DNA of 64,000 nt from an uncultured virus (IMG/VR IMGVR_UViG_3300032007_000042) (lineage: Duplodnaviria > Heunggongvirae > Uroviricota > Caudoviricetes > Crassvirales), in IMG/VR virus record IMGVR_UViG_3300032007_000042. One strand, given 5' to 3'. The number at the start of each line of letters is the position of its first letter. Position 1 is the stretch's first letter. Under the pieces are notes generated by a model that made no database searches, was not told the DNA's origin, and saw nothing but the letters and a program-made list of their open reading frames with translations. Positions 29,101-38,131 of this stretch are shown here, one piece after another. The translations under genes and the position numbers were made by a program.

Positions 29101-30838
29101 TAATCCTATGTATATAGTGCCTGGCTGGTCAGATAAGATAAAGAATAAAACTATTACTAATAATATTTCTGGTGCTTATTATTCTCTTACTAAGTTAGTA
29201 GATCAACAAAATATAGATTTAGCACCTCAAGATTTAGGAAGACACTCAATGTTAGTGGGACATAATGATCATACTGTGCAGTATTATGGTTATCTTTATA
29301 TAGGGGAGCTATATCAAGATGATCCTGAAAAGCCATCAGATATTTTTGGCGGTGATTCTCCTTTTTCCTATGAACAAAATCAATGGCATAAAGCAGGCCC
29401 TGTAGTAGAGCTAAATAAAGGTAATGATGTTTCTATAGACTTTTTACAGGGTGATACCTACTATCAGAGATATGATTGTCTGAAGACTTATCCATATAGT
29501 AGTGAAGATCCTAATCAGATTGTAGAGATACTATCCTTCATGTGTGAGACAAGAATGAATATTGATGGAAGATATGATGTTAATAGAGGTAACAATAGTA
29601 ATCTTAATGCTACCCCTCAAAACTTCAATCTGTTTAATCCTGTCTACACTCAAGAGAATAACTTCATTAATCATTATTATCTTGATTCAGAGAAAAACAA
29701 GAATGATAACTATAGCAATACCTTGTTATGGACTAAGACAAAGACAATGGGTGAGGAAGTAGATTCATGGACTAATATCAATCAAGCTTCTACTTTTAAT
29801 CTTGATGGTAACAAAGGGGCTATATCTGCTATAAGGAGCTATAACGATAATCTAATTACTTTTCAAGATAATGGTATAGCAAGAATACTTTATAATGAAA
29901 GAGTACAAGTCAATACCAGTGATGGAGTACCTATTGAGCTTAGTAATAGTGGTAAGGTATCAGGTAAACAATATCTTAGTGATACTATAGGATGTAGTAA
30001 TAAAGAAACCATACAAATTACTCCAAATGGTGTTTACTTTATGGATAGCAATAGTAAGGATATTTGCTTACTTAACAATGGTATTCAGTCAGTATCAAAG
30101 ACTAAAGGATTTAACAGTTACTTATATAATAAGGACTTTTCTAAATATAAAACTTTCTATGATGAAAAACTTAAAGATGTATATTTCACAGATAATGCTA
30201 CAAGTCTTGACTATAGTGAGCAATTGGGAGAGTTTGAGGGATTCTACAGTTATGGTGGAACTGATTATATGTTTAACTATCTTGATGACTTTGTAGCTAT
30301 TAAAGATGGTAAGTTATGGAAGCAGTTTGCAGGAGACTATAATTATTTCTTTGGTAATAAGAATGAAAACTGTAAGCCTTTCTCTATTACTCTCATAAGT
30401 AATGAAAGTGGCATGGATAAAACCTTTACTAATATAGAGTATGAGGCAGATACTTGGGATGATAAAGGATTATTGCTTAATGAGACTTTTGATTATTTGA
30501 ATATATGGAATGAGTATCAAATGGGTATGGAAGAACTTAACAAACATAATATCAATAATCATTACCATTATTCTAACCTCAAGAGAAAATTTAGAGTATG
30601 GAGAACACAGTTACCAAGAGAACTAAAGTTTGATGGCACTATCTATCTTCCTGATATAAACAAGGAAATAAATACTGTTCTTATGCCTGAGAAAGAAGTA
30701 AATATTAACAAAGTCTTCAGTATTAAGAAATCACTTAACAGAATTAGAAATACTTGGGCTTATATTAAACTATCCAAGAGCAGCTTAGATAATCATAAGA
30801 CTACGTTGCATAATATAAATATTGGTTACTTTTATTAA
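26156..30838 (+). CDS. Muzzle / tail stabilisation protein (crAss001 gp44-like)
   Basis: KGMTKDISRSK...LTNEKGN start, YWLDGINQPRFINI, GDTYYQRYDCLKTYP, KRKFRVWR. Confidence 0.85.
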   Translation: MKKQQVFNIKGMTKDISRSKSGSSLAYDIQNMRLTSQEGETLLSLTNEKGNKEYILNFKSFADSIISSKITNANNLAISEAKHTFRGKIIGYCVLDKYLVIFTHYTDNNTTTDRIYRFEKDATNDIQLNGVLLYWGNLGFTDTMRLETMGIYESANIQKVYWLDGINQPRFINIAGDTETILKHRDNWLSSKTPFDFIPVFDYKGDSSINIERQDYGGTFPEGTIQYAMCYYNLNGQQSNIFYISPIYYISHSDRGAQQEQTLNNSFKITVTNVDKDFNYLRIYSIHRSSIDGKPSCKVVANISVSDNITFTDTGSVGYSVDPNEILYAGGQEVIPKTFAQKDNTLFMGNYKEKNALLKNGTLIKRIKDNVSVSYSNSKYISKGQLGSLYMYNNQLKYSSYRITTFKGGEWYRFGLIFQDERGQWSGVIPIGDYKNSLYPQDTSDMVALVIAKLSIPSNIVDELYDLGYRRVQGVVVYPSAANRRVVCQGVLCPTVYNINDRINNAPYAVSSWFFREMRATDSNGKPYLEGTQNLHNCNIYNDIYDAVDSKYKLSSKLVAESTSSYLQVGGTITDGKFGGGHTDAPTGGGYFGNGNTSTSGSTSEGSSNNSPIYVNKDFKAEISSASVYHKYAYETNNNIDYFVDWNTLTMNTPEVNFSTTNTSHDIQTENLKLRIIGIIPLTSSSNDIYVNTNSEYIKQDVAVGLKKINTTYNNNSYQGGNLRETTFEWNDFDYHLGKSNSGINLDNTDDQCIMPTFSVNNLDILLGRTDGVTEIPFGGIKGYPIYPWQGAKSLLGQPKEVMDGDYKGKVFDGLNKKVIANIRTASMTYYFPTKALSYNIGNAGIYDGDIPLVKLDKDTNDTNYSSAFNYYGELDTIINPSSYYYTYYGSIYYYSLADLQKYNWGHRKGQSPLSIGVYAGLHNIMQNSVSKDSVRIRYKSSPHIAFHLKYSSYGAQTVLPSFRYDGYTFGKFNDLDKYDSANPMYIVPGWSDKIKNKTITNNISGAYYSLTKLVDQQNIDLAPQDLGRHSMLVGHNDHTVQYYGYLYIGELYQDDPEKPSDIFGGDSPFSYEQNQWHKAGPVVELNKGNDVSIDFLQGDTYYQRYDCLKTYPYSSEDPNQIVEILSFMCETRMNIDGRYDVNRGNNSNLNATPQNFNLFNPVYTQENNFINHYYLDSEKNKNDNYSNTLLWTKTKTMGEEVDSWTNINQASTFNLDGNKGAISAIRSYNDNLITFQDNGIARILYNERVQVNTSDGVPIELSNSGKVSGKQYLSDTIGCSNKETIQITPNGVYFMDSNSKDICLLNNGIQSVSKTKGFNSYLYNKDFSKYKTFYDEKLKDVYFTDNATSLDYSEQLGEFEGFYSYGGTDYMFNYLDDFVAIKDGKLWKQFAGDYNYFFGNKNENCKPFSITLISNESGMDKTFTNIEYEADTWDDKGLLLNETFDYLNIWNEYQMGMEELNKHNINNHYHYSNLKRKFRVWRTQLPRELKFDGTIYLPDINKEINTVLMPEKEVNINKVFSIKKSLNRIRNTWAYIKLSKSSLDNHKTTLHNINIGYFY

Positions 30839-30850
30839 TACATAATAACT

Positions 30851-33130
30851 ATGATAGGAATAATAAAGACATTGATGCTTAAGGAGCTTGTAGGATATGG
30901 CAGTACAGACAAAGCAGTATATCCTATAACTTCTACTGGTGCTGTATTTGACAGTAACAGTACTAGTCTTGACAGTATAATAGCAGACCTTTATGCAAAG
31001 ATAAAAAATGCAGGAGGTAGTAGTAGTGGTGGTGGTAGTGGCAGTGGTAGTGGTGATAGTGGTGATGGGTCTAGCAAGACTTATGACTATGTTCCTTGCT
31101 TTATTTATATGCACCCTACTGACAACACAGTACCATCTAAACCTACAGGAGGAAGTTACAATTTTAATACTAAAACACTGACTCCTCCAAGTGGCTGGTC
31201 ATCTAACTACTCTGGTATGGCTAAGCCTATCTATATGAGTATAGGTATAGCCTGCTCTAAAGAAGGCAGTACTATAGAATGGAGTGCTCCATTTATTGCT
31301 TTTAGTGACAGTACCTCAGGTGGTGGTAGTGATCTTCCTTATGAGCCTATACCCGAAAGTGATTATAAGACTCTGTTTATCTATAAGCATAGTGATGAAC
31401 AGCCAGATATACCTACAGGAGGAAGTTATGACTTTTCTACTCAACAGGTAACTCTTCCTGATGGTGGTTGGCAACTTACTAAAGATGATCTTGAGAATCC
31501 TGTTTATATGAGTATAGGTTTCTGTAGTAAGGATAAAACAGATATTGAATGGAGCTACCCAGTTATAGTAGCAAATAAAGATGGATTAGGCCCAGGTAAA
31601 ACACCTGCCAGTGATATACTTACAAAGACCTACGTAGTAGTAGCTTATAAGACAGATACCTCTTCAGAAGGCCCTGCTACTCCTTCATCAGATGATGGTA
31701 GTGTTGATTTTACAGAAAGTCCTTATCATGTCACTGCACCAGATGGTTGGTCATTAGACAGAACAATGGCTGTTAATGATAATGTATGGTGTACTATTAA
31801 AGTATTCCATCAGACTTCAAAGAATGACTATGATAATAGTAGTACTCCTTGGTCTAAACCTGTTAAGGCTAACTTAGTTAATATTAATCTTACAGCAGAT
31901 CAGATGCAATTAATAGCTAGCCATATTGAAGTAGATTCTAATGAGATTGAGACCAACTTTGATAAATGGATAGCACAGGGTAGTAATATCCAAATGATAG
32001 CCAATAAGATAGCAGAGACAGCAGATATTTATACTGTAACAGCAGGTCAGTATGTTGTTAATGCAGACTTTATTGAGCAGGTAGCTAATAAAGCTATCAG
32101 TGCCTCAAACTTTAAGCAGGATGTTATTATGGATGCTTCTGGTAAGATAGTAGCACAGATAACTGCTGATGACTCTGGATTATATTCTACAGTTGCCCAT
32201 AACATTGTTCAGGAAGCTATTAAGGATAAAGACAATGAAGGAGGCATTATTTATCTTGTAGCCAAGGATGTTACTGATAATATTAAATCAGAGATAGAGG
32301 TAGGTACAGATGATAGTGGCAATGGTTTCATTAAAGCTATAGCCAATAGTATAGACTTTAATTCAAATGCTTTTAATTCTATTGTTACCAATGCTACAAA
32401 TGGTAAGGTAACTGCCATTATGCAGACAGAAGATACTATATCTTTAATTAAAATAGCAGCAAAGGATACAGCAAATAATACAGCTACCTCATTGATAATG
32501 GGGGATGACTATATTAAGATGGTTGCTAGTAAAGTTGATATAGTAGGAAGTTTAAATACTATTGATCTTACTATTAATGGAGGCAAGTCAAGATTTAATG
32601 CAGATGGTAGTGGATATGTGGCTAATCAGAATATTAGTTGGGATTCTGATGGAAATTTAAATCTAAAAGGTAACATTGAAGTTGACTATTTTAAGTATAA
32701 TATTGAAGAATTAAGACCTACAGTTAATAATGCTACAATAACTTTAGATCCAAATAGAGACAAATGCAGTATGTATTTAATTATACATAATGATAGTACT
32801 TCTTCGGCTTTAAATACTGCAAAGTTTATGCTTCCAGATAACTTAAAACCTGGTACATCTTTTAAAATAGCTGCAACTGTTGATGGTAATCTTCTTGCGC
32901 AAAACTTTGGCGCACTACTTACTTTTTATGTTGGTACTCCTTCTAATAATTATATTTTAGGTGATAAATTAATGCAAAATAGTAATGGTACACTTAATAA
33001 TCAAGCATATGCAGCTACTAAAGTAGAGCTCTATTATTATCGTTTATATGAATTTACTTATTTAGGATATAATCTTTGGAGTCTTACAGGTGAATGTGAT
33101 ACATTTAATGACAATAATAATTTGCTTTAA
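30851..33130 (+). CDS. Putative fibre/spike protein (759 aa)
   Basis: N-terminal VYPITSTGAVFD segment, Gly/Ser linker, repeated PTGGSY(N/D)F...GW...P(I/V)YMSIG units and a FNADGSGYVANQNISWDSDGNL beta-rich region. Confidence 0.6.
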   Translation: MIGIIKTLMLKELVGYGSTDKAVYPITSTGAVFDSNSTSLDSIIADLYAKIKNAGGSSSGGGSGSGSGDSGDGSSKTYDYVPCFIYMHPTDNTVPSKPTGGSYNFNTKTLTPPSGWSSNYSGMAKPIYMSIGIACSKEGSTIEWSAPFIAFSDSTSGGGSDLPYEPIPESDYKTLFIYKHSDEQPDIPTGGSYDFSTQQVTLPDGGWQLTKDDLENPVYMSIGFCSKDKTDIEWSYPVIVANKDGLGPGKTPASDILTKTYVVVAYKTDTSSEGPATPSSDDGSVDFTESPYHVTAPDGWSLDRTMAVNDNVWCTIKVFHQTSKNDYDNSSTPWSKPVKANLVNINLTADQMQLIASHIEVDSNEIETNFDKWIAQGSNIQMIANKIAETADIYTVTAGQYVVNADFIEQVANKAISASNFKQDVIMDASGKIVAQITADDSGLYSTVAHNIVQEAIKDKDNEGGIIYLVAKDVTDNIKSEIEVGTDDSGNGFIKAIANSIDFNSNAFNSIVTNATNGKVTAIMQTEDTISLIKIAAKDTANNTATSLIMGDDYIKMVASKVDIVGSLNTIDLTINGGKSRFNADGSGYVANQNISWDSDGNLNLKGNIEVDYFKYNIEELRPTVNNATITLDPNRDKCSMYLIIHNDSTSSALNTAKFMLPDNLKPGTSFKIAATVDGNLLAQNFGALLTFYVGTPSNNYILGDKLMQNSNGTLNNQAYAATKVELYYYRLYEFTYLGYNLWSLTGECDTFNDNNNLL

Positions 33131-33239
33131 TAATATAATTGTTGCAAGTGCATAGCACTTGCTTACAGAACAAAGCACTAAGATAGGAGGTATATTGTAA
33201 AGAAATAAAAAGATTATAGATTATTATTCAATTACTTAG

Positions 33240-33296
33240 AAACATTAATTGCTACTCTTAAGCATATCTTAGGGTAGTGATTAATGTTTATTTTTG
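33240..33296 (+). promoter_or_regulatory. Long hairpin (terminator-like) overlapping a TATTTTTG(C) -7 box upstream of the cargo operon
   Basis: AAACATTAATTGCTACTCTTAAG...CTTAGGGTAGTGATTAATGTTT, with the box at 33289-33296. Confidence 0.55.
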
Positions 33297-33323
33297 CAAT
33301 ATAAATGATTAAAGAATAAAGAG

Positions 33324-36300
33324 ATGGCTACATTTGATTGGGATGGTAATAGAAAGCCTGGCAGAAGTCCTTTTGCCACCTATACAGACAGTCCTGCTTA
33401 TAATATACAATCAAGATCTTTAGGCAATGAAGCTAAAGGTAGCAATATTCCTTTTAGTGATATTTTAGGTAAGGTATCAGCTATAGGAAGTGGTATAACA
33501 GGTATATTTGGTAGTGTCAATAGTCTTGCTACTCCTCAAGGTGGTAAGCTGCTTGATAATATTAAAAATCAAGCTGTAAGTCTTAACAGAGCAAAAGTAG
33601 GAGGGAGTATGGATAATATATATTCAACAGCTATGAACTTTACACCACTTAAAACTAGTTATGGATGGAAAGATTTCTATGCTAATGGTGGTTATCTTGG
33701 CAATCCTTATTACTATGATCCTTATACCTATGATGCAGGGGGAAGAATGGCTACAGGTATCTTGGGTAGTACAGCTTCAGGAGCTACAGCAGGAGCAGCT
33801 TTTGGCCCTTGGGGAGCAGCTATAGGAGGAGCAGTAGGACTTATAGGAGGATTGCTTGGTGCCAACTCTGGAAAGAGGAAAGCTAAGAGGATGGCAGGAG
33901 AGGCCAATGCAGCTAGTGAGTTAGCTAATGAAGGAATGCAAATGAAGATAGATAATGCTATTGATGATGCTAAGATGACACAGTTAATAGGTTATGAAAA
34001 TGCTAAGCCTTATGCCTTTGGTGGTGCTTTGGATGGAGCTATAGGCTATGGTCTTATGACAGACTATCTTAATATGAGAAATAAACAAGCTACTAATAAG
34101 AGTACACCTGTTGTCAATATGGGTAATAGCTTTATGAAGGAAATGCCTACTATGACAGTATTTGACACTACTAATAGTTTTGCTAATGGTGGTGGAATAC
34201 ATATAGCTAAAAATAAGAAAGGCACCTTTACAGCAGCAGCTACTAAGCATGGAATGGGAGTACAGGAGTTTGCCAATTATGTACTATCACATAAGAATAA
34301 ATTTAGTGCTGGTATGGTAAAGAAAGCTAACTTTGCAAGGAATGCTTCTCATTGGCATGATAAAGGTGGTATACTTACACAGGAAGATAATGCTATAAGT
34401 AATGTACAAGATGAGCAGCAGCAAGCTATGGTAGCCTTTCAAGCAGCTTATGAAGATGCACTGAAGAATAATAAGGAGACCTTTGATTTTAATGGCCAGA
34501 CTTATAGTACAGCAGATGTAACTGCTTATTTACAGCAGAATAATACAGATAGCTCTTATGCTTTAGGTGGTGACTTACAGGTTGATGGCTCAGATTTTAC
34601 AGATAATTTAGCTCATGTAGATGCAGGTGACACACATGAAAGTAATCCTAATGGTGGTGTTCCTATGGGAGTTGCTCCTGATGGTCAGCCTAACTTAGTA
34701 GAGGAAGGAGAGACTATATGGAATGACTATGTATTCAGTAATAGGATTAAGCCAGATAAAGAGACTTTAGCACAGTTCCATATATACAGTAAAGGTGGTA
34801 AGATGACTTATGCTGACTTATCAAAGAAACTTGAAGATGAAGCTAAGGAAAGACCTAATGACCCTATTAGTCAGGCAGCTCTTGAAGCTAACATGGAAAA
34901 GCTTGCTAATGCACAGGAAGCTCAAAAGCAAAGAGAAGAAATAAAGAAAGCTGAGAAAGCCTTTGAAGCTATGTCTCCAGAGGAACAACAAGCATTAATA
35001 GCACAGATGCAAGGTGTTGCTGCTGGGCAGCAACCTACAGAACCTAATACACAAGAAGTAAATGATGAACAACAATATCAAGAGCAGCCTAATGACTATC
35101 AGGGAGAAGAGCAACAGTATACAGAAATTCCTCAAGAGGAATATGCACAATTTTCTGAGGGACAACCTTTGGAAGAGTATTCCCCAGAAGAGCAGCAGGC
35201 TATGCAGGAACAGCAGGCTTTGGAAGAGCAACAACCTGTAGAAGCAGCTGATGGTGGAGAGCTTCATAAGTTTGATAAAGGAGGTAAGAAACATACAGGT
35301 ACTTGGAAGAAAGGATGGTCATCAGGTAAGGCATGGGACACTTATAGTAAGCCTGCTGTTGAGGCTTTCTATGATAACCTTTATAATGAGGTTAAAGATG
35401 TAAAAGATCCTGCAAAGAGACAATATATCATTGATCAAAGAGTAAAACAGTTTAATGATATGCAAAAAAGTTATTGGGACATCTATAAAGGTGATAATCT
35501 CAATACAACTCTTTATGGTCAAGATAAAGCTGTTGGTGCTCATCAGACTTTATGGAATAATGCAGGTGGTAATAACTACTTCTCAGGAACAGATAAAGAT
35601 GGTAAACCCTTCAGTATTGCAGATAATATTAATCTTCCTAAGGGAGCTAAGACAGGTGATAAGTATAACACATGGGTAGATGGCTTTAAAGGCCCAAGAA
35701 CATCCATTAGAAATTATGGCTCTACAGAGTATGGTAATAATGAACATTATAAGGATCTAATTGATAAGTTTGCTAAGTTAGGAGTTACTATGGCAGCTAA
35801 TCCTAATCTTACTTATGGTAAGAATAAATACCAACTGTATACTCTTTCAACAAGACCAGACCCAAGTGTTCTTAATGCTAAGCCTATTGTAGGATTAACA
35901 CCTCCTAAGAATATTAATATTAAAGGACTACCACAAGTAGCAGCTACAAATAATGATAATGGTAATGGCAATAAAAGACCGACTATTCCTTTTAAGAAAG
36001 AATGGCCAAGATATGTAGGAATGTTTGGCCCAGTAGCAGGATTATTGGCAGCACCATTTACAAAGCCTAATGATAAGTATTATAAAGAGTCTCTTAATGC
36101 TATTAATGGCAGACCAGTATTGGCTACTCCTACTTTGATAGGTGACTATGAAGTACATAATCCTTTTGCTCTTTGGGATGCTCAGAATAAAGCAGATGCC
36201 ATAAGGTTAGCTACTAATAGAGCCATTATGAATAACAATGGTTCTATAGGTCAAAAGATGACAGGACTTATAGCCAATGACAATAACTATTATACAGGTC

Positions 36301-36728
36301 TTGGTAACTTAGTAAGAACTGCTCAAGAGTATAATAACAATGATGAAAACAGAGTGAAAACCTTTAATAGAGGCACTAATCAGTATAATGCAGATACAAT
36401 AAATAAGTTTGCATTAGCTAATGCAGAGGCACAGAATCAGAATAATCAGTTTAAGGCTAATGCTCTTATGAACTATGCTAATCAGATGGCAGCAAGAGAA
36501 GATCTTTGGAAACAGGGAATACTTGGTAATGTTAGTCAGCTCTTTACCAATATTAGTGATTATGGAAGAGAGAATACTGTAGACAATCAGATAGCAGCAC
36601 TAGCTAATAATAATGTCTTTGGTGTACTTAACAATGATATGATTAATCATGGCTTAGCTGGTAGACATGCTACAAGTGGTGCTAAAGGAGGCAAGCTTAA
36701 TAAGAGAAGAAAAGGTTTAACTTTTTAA
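33324..36728 (+). CDS. Cargo/ejection protein 1 (crAss001 gp45-like) with a glycine-zipper membrane segment
   Basis: GATAGAAFGPWGAAIGGAVGLIGGLLG, THESNPNGGV...VEEGETIWNDYVFSNR, a Q/E-rich region and synteny after the muzzle. Confidence 0.75.
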   Translation: MATFDWDGNRKPGRSPFATYTDSPAYNIQSRSLGNEAKGSNIPFSDILGKVSAIGSGITGIFGSVNSLATPQGGKLLDNIKNQAVSLNRAKVGGSMDNIYSTAMNFTPLKTSYGWKDFYANGGYLGNPYYYDPYTYDAGGRMATGILGSTASGATAGAAFGPWGAAIGGAVGLIGGLLGANSGKRKAKRMAGEANAASELANEGMQMKIDNAIDDAKMTQLIGYENAKPYAFGGALDGAIGYGLMTDYLNMRNKQATNKSTPVVNMGNSFMKEMPTMTVFDTTNSFANGGGIHIAKNKKGTFTAAATKHGMGVQEFANYVLSHKNKFSAGMVKKANFARNASHWHDKGGILTQEDNAISNVQDEQQQAMVAFQAAYEDALKNNKETFDFNGQTYSTADVTAYLQQNNTDSSYALGGDLQVDGSDFTDNLAHVDAGDTHESNPNGGVPMGVAPDGQPNLVEEGETIWNDYVFSNRIKPDKETLAQFHIYSKGGKMTYADLSKKLEDEAKERPNDPISQAALEANMEKLANAQEAQKQREEIKKAEKAFEAMSPEEQQALIAQMQGVAAGQQPTEPNTQEVNDEQQYQEQPNDYQGEEQQYTEIPQEEYAQFSEGQPLEEYSPEEQQAMQEQQALEEQQPVEAADGGELHKFDKGGKKHTGTWKKGWSSGKAWDTYSKPAVEAFYDNLYNEVKDVKDPAKRQYIIDQRVKQFNDMQKSYWDIYKGDNLNTTLYGQDKAVGAHQTLWNNAGGNNYFSGTDKDGKPFSIADNINLPKGAKTGDKYNTWVDGFKGPRTSIRNYGSTEYGNNEHYKDLIDKFAKLGVTMAANPNLTYGKNKYQLYTLSTRPDPSVLNAKPIVGLTPPKNINIKGLPQVAATNNDNGNGNKRPTIPFKKEWPRYVGMFGPVAGLLAAPFTKPNDKYYKESLNAINGRPVLATPTLIGDYEVHNPFALWDAQNKADAIRLATNRAIMNNNGSIGQKMTGLIANDNNYYTGLGNLVRTAQEYNNNDENRVKTFNRGTNQYNADTINKFALANAEAQNQNNQFKANALMNYANQMAAREDLWKQGILGNVSQLFTNISDYGRENTVDNQIAALANNNVFGVLNNDMINHGLAGRHATSGAKGGKLNKRRKGLTF

Positions 36729-36740
36729 TGAGGAGAGAAG

Positions 36741-38111
36741 ATGAGTGCAAGTAATAATCCATGGGTAATAGATGGTGGCTATAAGCCATTTTCCATGCAG
36801 GAAATGCTAACGCCATTTCTGCTATATAAGGATGCTTGGGATAAATCTCAGGAACAGATGGATAAATATAATCAAGGTACTGATGCTTTCAGTTACCTTG
36901 ATGAGACTCTTCCTGAGGGAAGCAAGGCAAGAAGTATCTATGATAACTACTCTAAAGACTTAAGAAATGCAGAACAGAGCTTTAGTCAGAATGGTCTTAC
37001 AGCAGATAATAGTAGAGCATTGTTAGGTCTTAGAAGAAGATATACAGGAGAGATAGGAAGATTAGAGAAAGCAAGTACTAAACTTGAGAAGCTGAGGAAT
37101 CTTAGAATGGCACAGGATGCACAGGATCCCACTATGATTTATACTGTAGATAATCCCACTATTGATGATGTGCTTGATGACAAGAATTTTAATCAGTACT
37201 CTATCAGTGGTAATAGTCTTTATAAGATGGGCATGACATCAGGAGCAGCTATCAGTCAAAGACATGTAAGTAACTTAGAACTTAATAAATTAAAGAATCC
37301 AGCTTTCTTAGATGCAGTTCAGAGAGTAGGTTTTACACCAGAAGTACTTCAAGCCTTTAATGTTAATCCTAATGCTATTCCAGAGTTCAAGGAAGCTATC
37401 AATAGTATTATGAAGTCCACTAAAGCAGATACTAACTTAACTGGAATAAAGAAGGAACAGGCAGTACAGAATGTTATCAGAGGACTTATTGATGGTGCAG
37501 TATATAAACAGAATGACAGCTTGCAGCAGAATCCTGACTATATCAATGCTAAAGAGCAAAAACAATTTGATTTACAAGAAAGACAATTGCAACTTCAAGC
37601 AGCAGGTAATGGTATGGTTGAAGATGGAAATGGCGACTGGACATATGTACCAGAGAAAGATCCTTCACTTAAGAAAGCTATTGCTGTACAACAGTTGAAG
37701 AATGAAGGAAAGACAGGAAGTACAGGAAGTAATGGTTCAAGTGGAGGAGCTACTGGCCAGGGTTACTTAAAGAGTGGTTATCAAGTATCCTATAGTGGTA
37801 ATGATTACAAAGATAAAGTTAATCCTGAGTATAAGTATGATCCAACAAGCGGTGAAGATATTGGTGAACCATATTCATATAATGAGTTAGTATTATTACT
37901 AAAACATCTTAAAGTCAGTCAGCATACTCTTATGAGAGTACCATTACAAGTTAAGCAGCATCCAGACTGGTATACTTACTATTATAAAGCAGGTGATACT
38001 CCTAAGACAGCTAAGGGTTCAAAACTGACCATTATACCAACAGGTATTTATAAAGATAAAGATAGTAGTGGTAACACAGCAGCAGATGCTTTTAATGCCG
38101 CAAATGAATAA
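36741..38111 (+). CDS. Putative cargo/virion protein (456 aa)
   Basis: YKPFSMQEMLTP start. Lies between cargo genes. Confidence 0.65.
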   Translation: MSASNNPWVIDGGYKPFSMQEMLTPFLLYKDAWDKSQEQMDKYNQGTDAFSYLDETLPEGSKARSIYDNYSKDLRNAEQSFSQNGLTADNSRALLGLRRRYTGEIGRLEKASTKLEKLRNLRMAQDAQDPTMIYTVDNPTIDDVLDDKNFNQYSISGNSLYKMGMTSGAAISQRHVSNLELNKLKNPAFLDAVQRVGFTPEVLQAFNVNPNAIPEFKEAINSIMKSTKADTNLTGIKKEQAVQNVIRGLIDGAVYKQNDSLQQNPDYINAKEQKQFDLQERQLQLQAAGNGMVEDGNGDWTYVPEKDPSLKKAIAVQQLKNEGKTGSTGSNGSSGGATGQGYLKSGYQVSYSGNDYKDKVNPEYKYDPTSGEDIGEPYSYNELVLLLKHLKVSQHTLMRVPLQVKQHPDWYTYYYKAGDTPKTAKGSKLTIIPTGIYKDKDSSGNTAADAFNAANE

Positions 38112-38131
38112 TTACAATAAACTATACTAAT

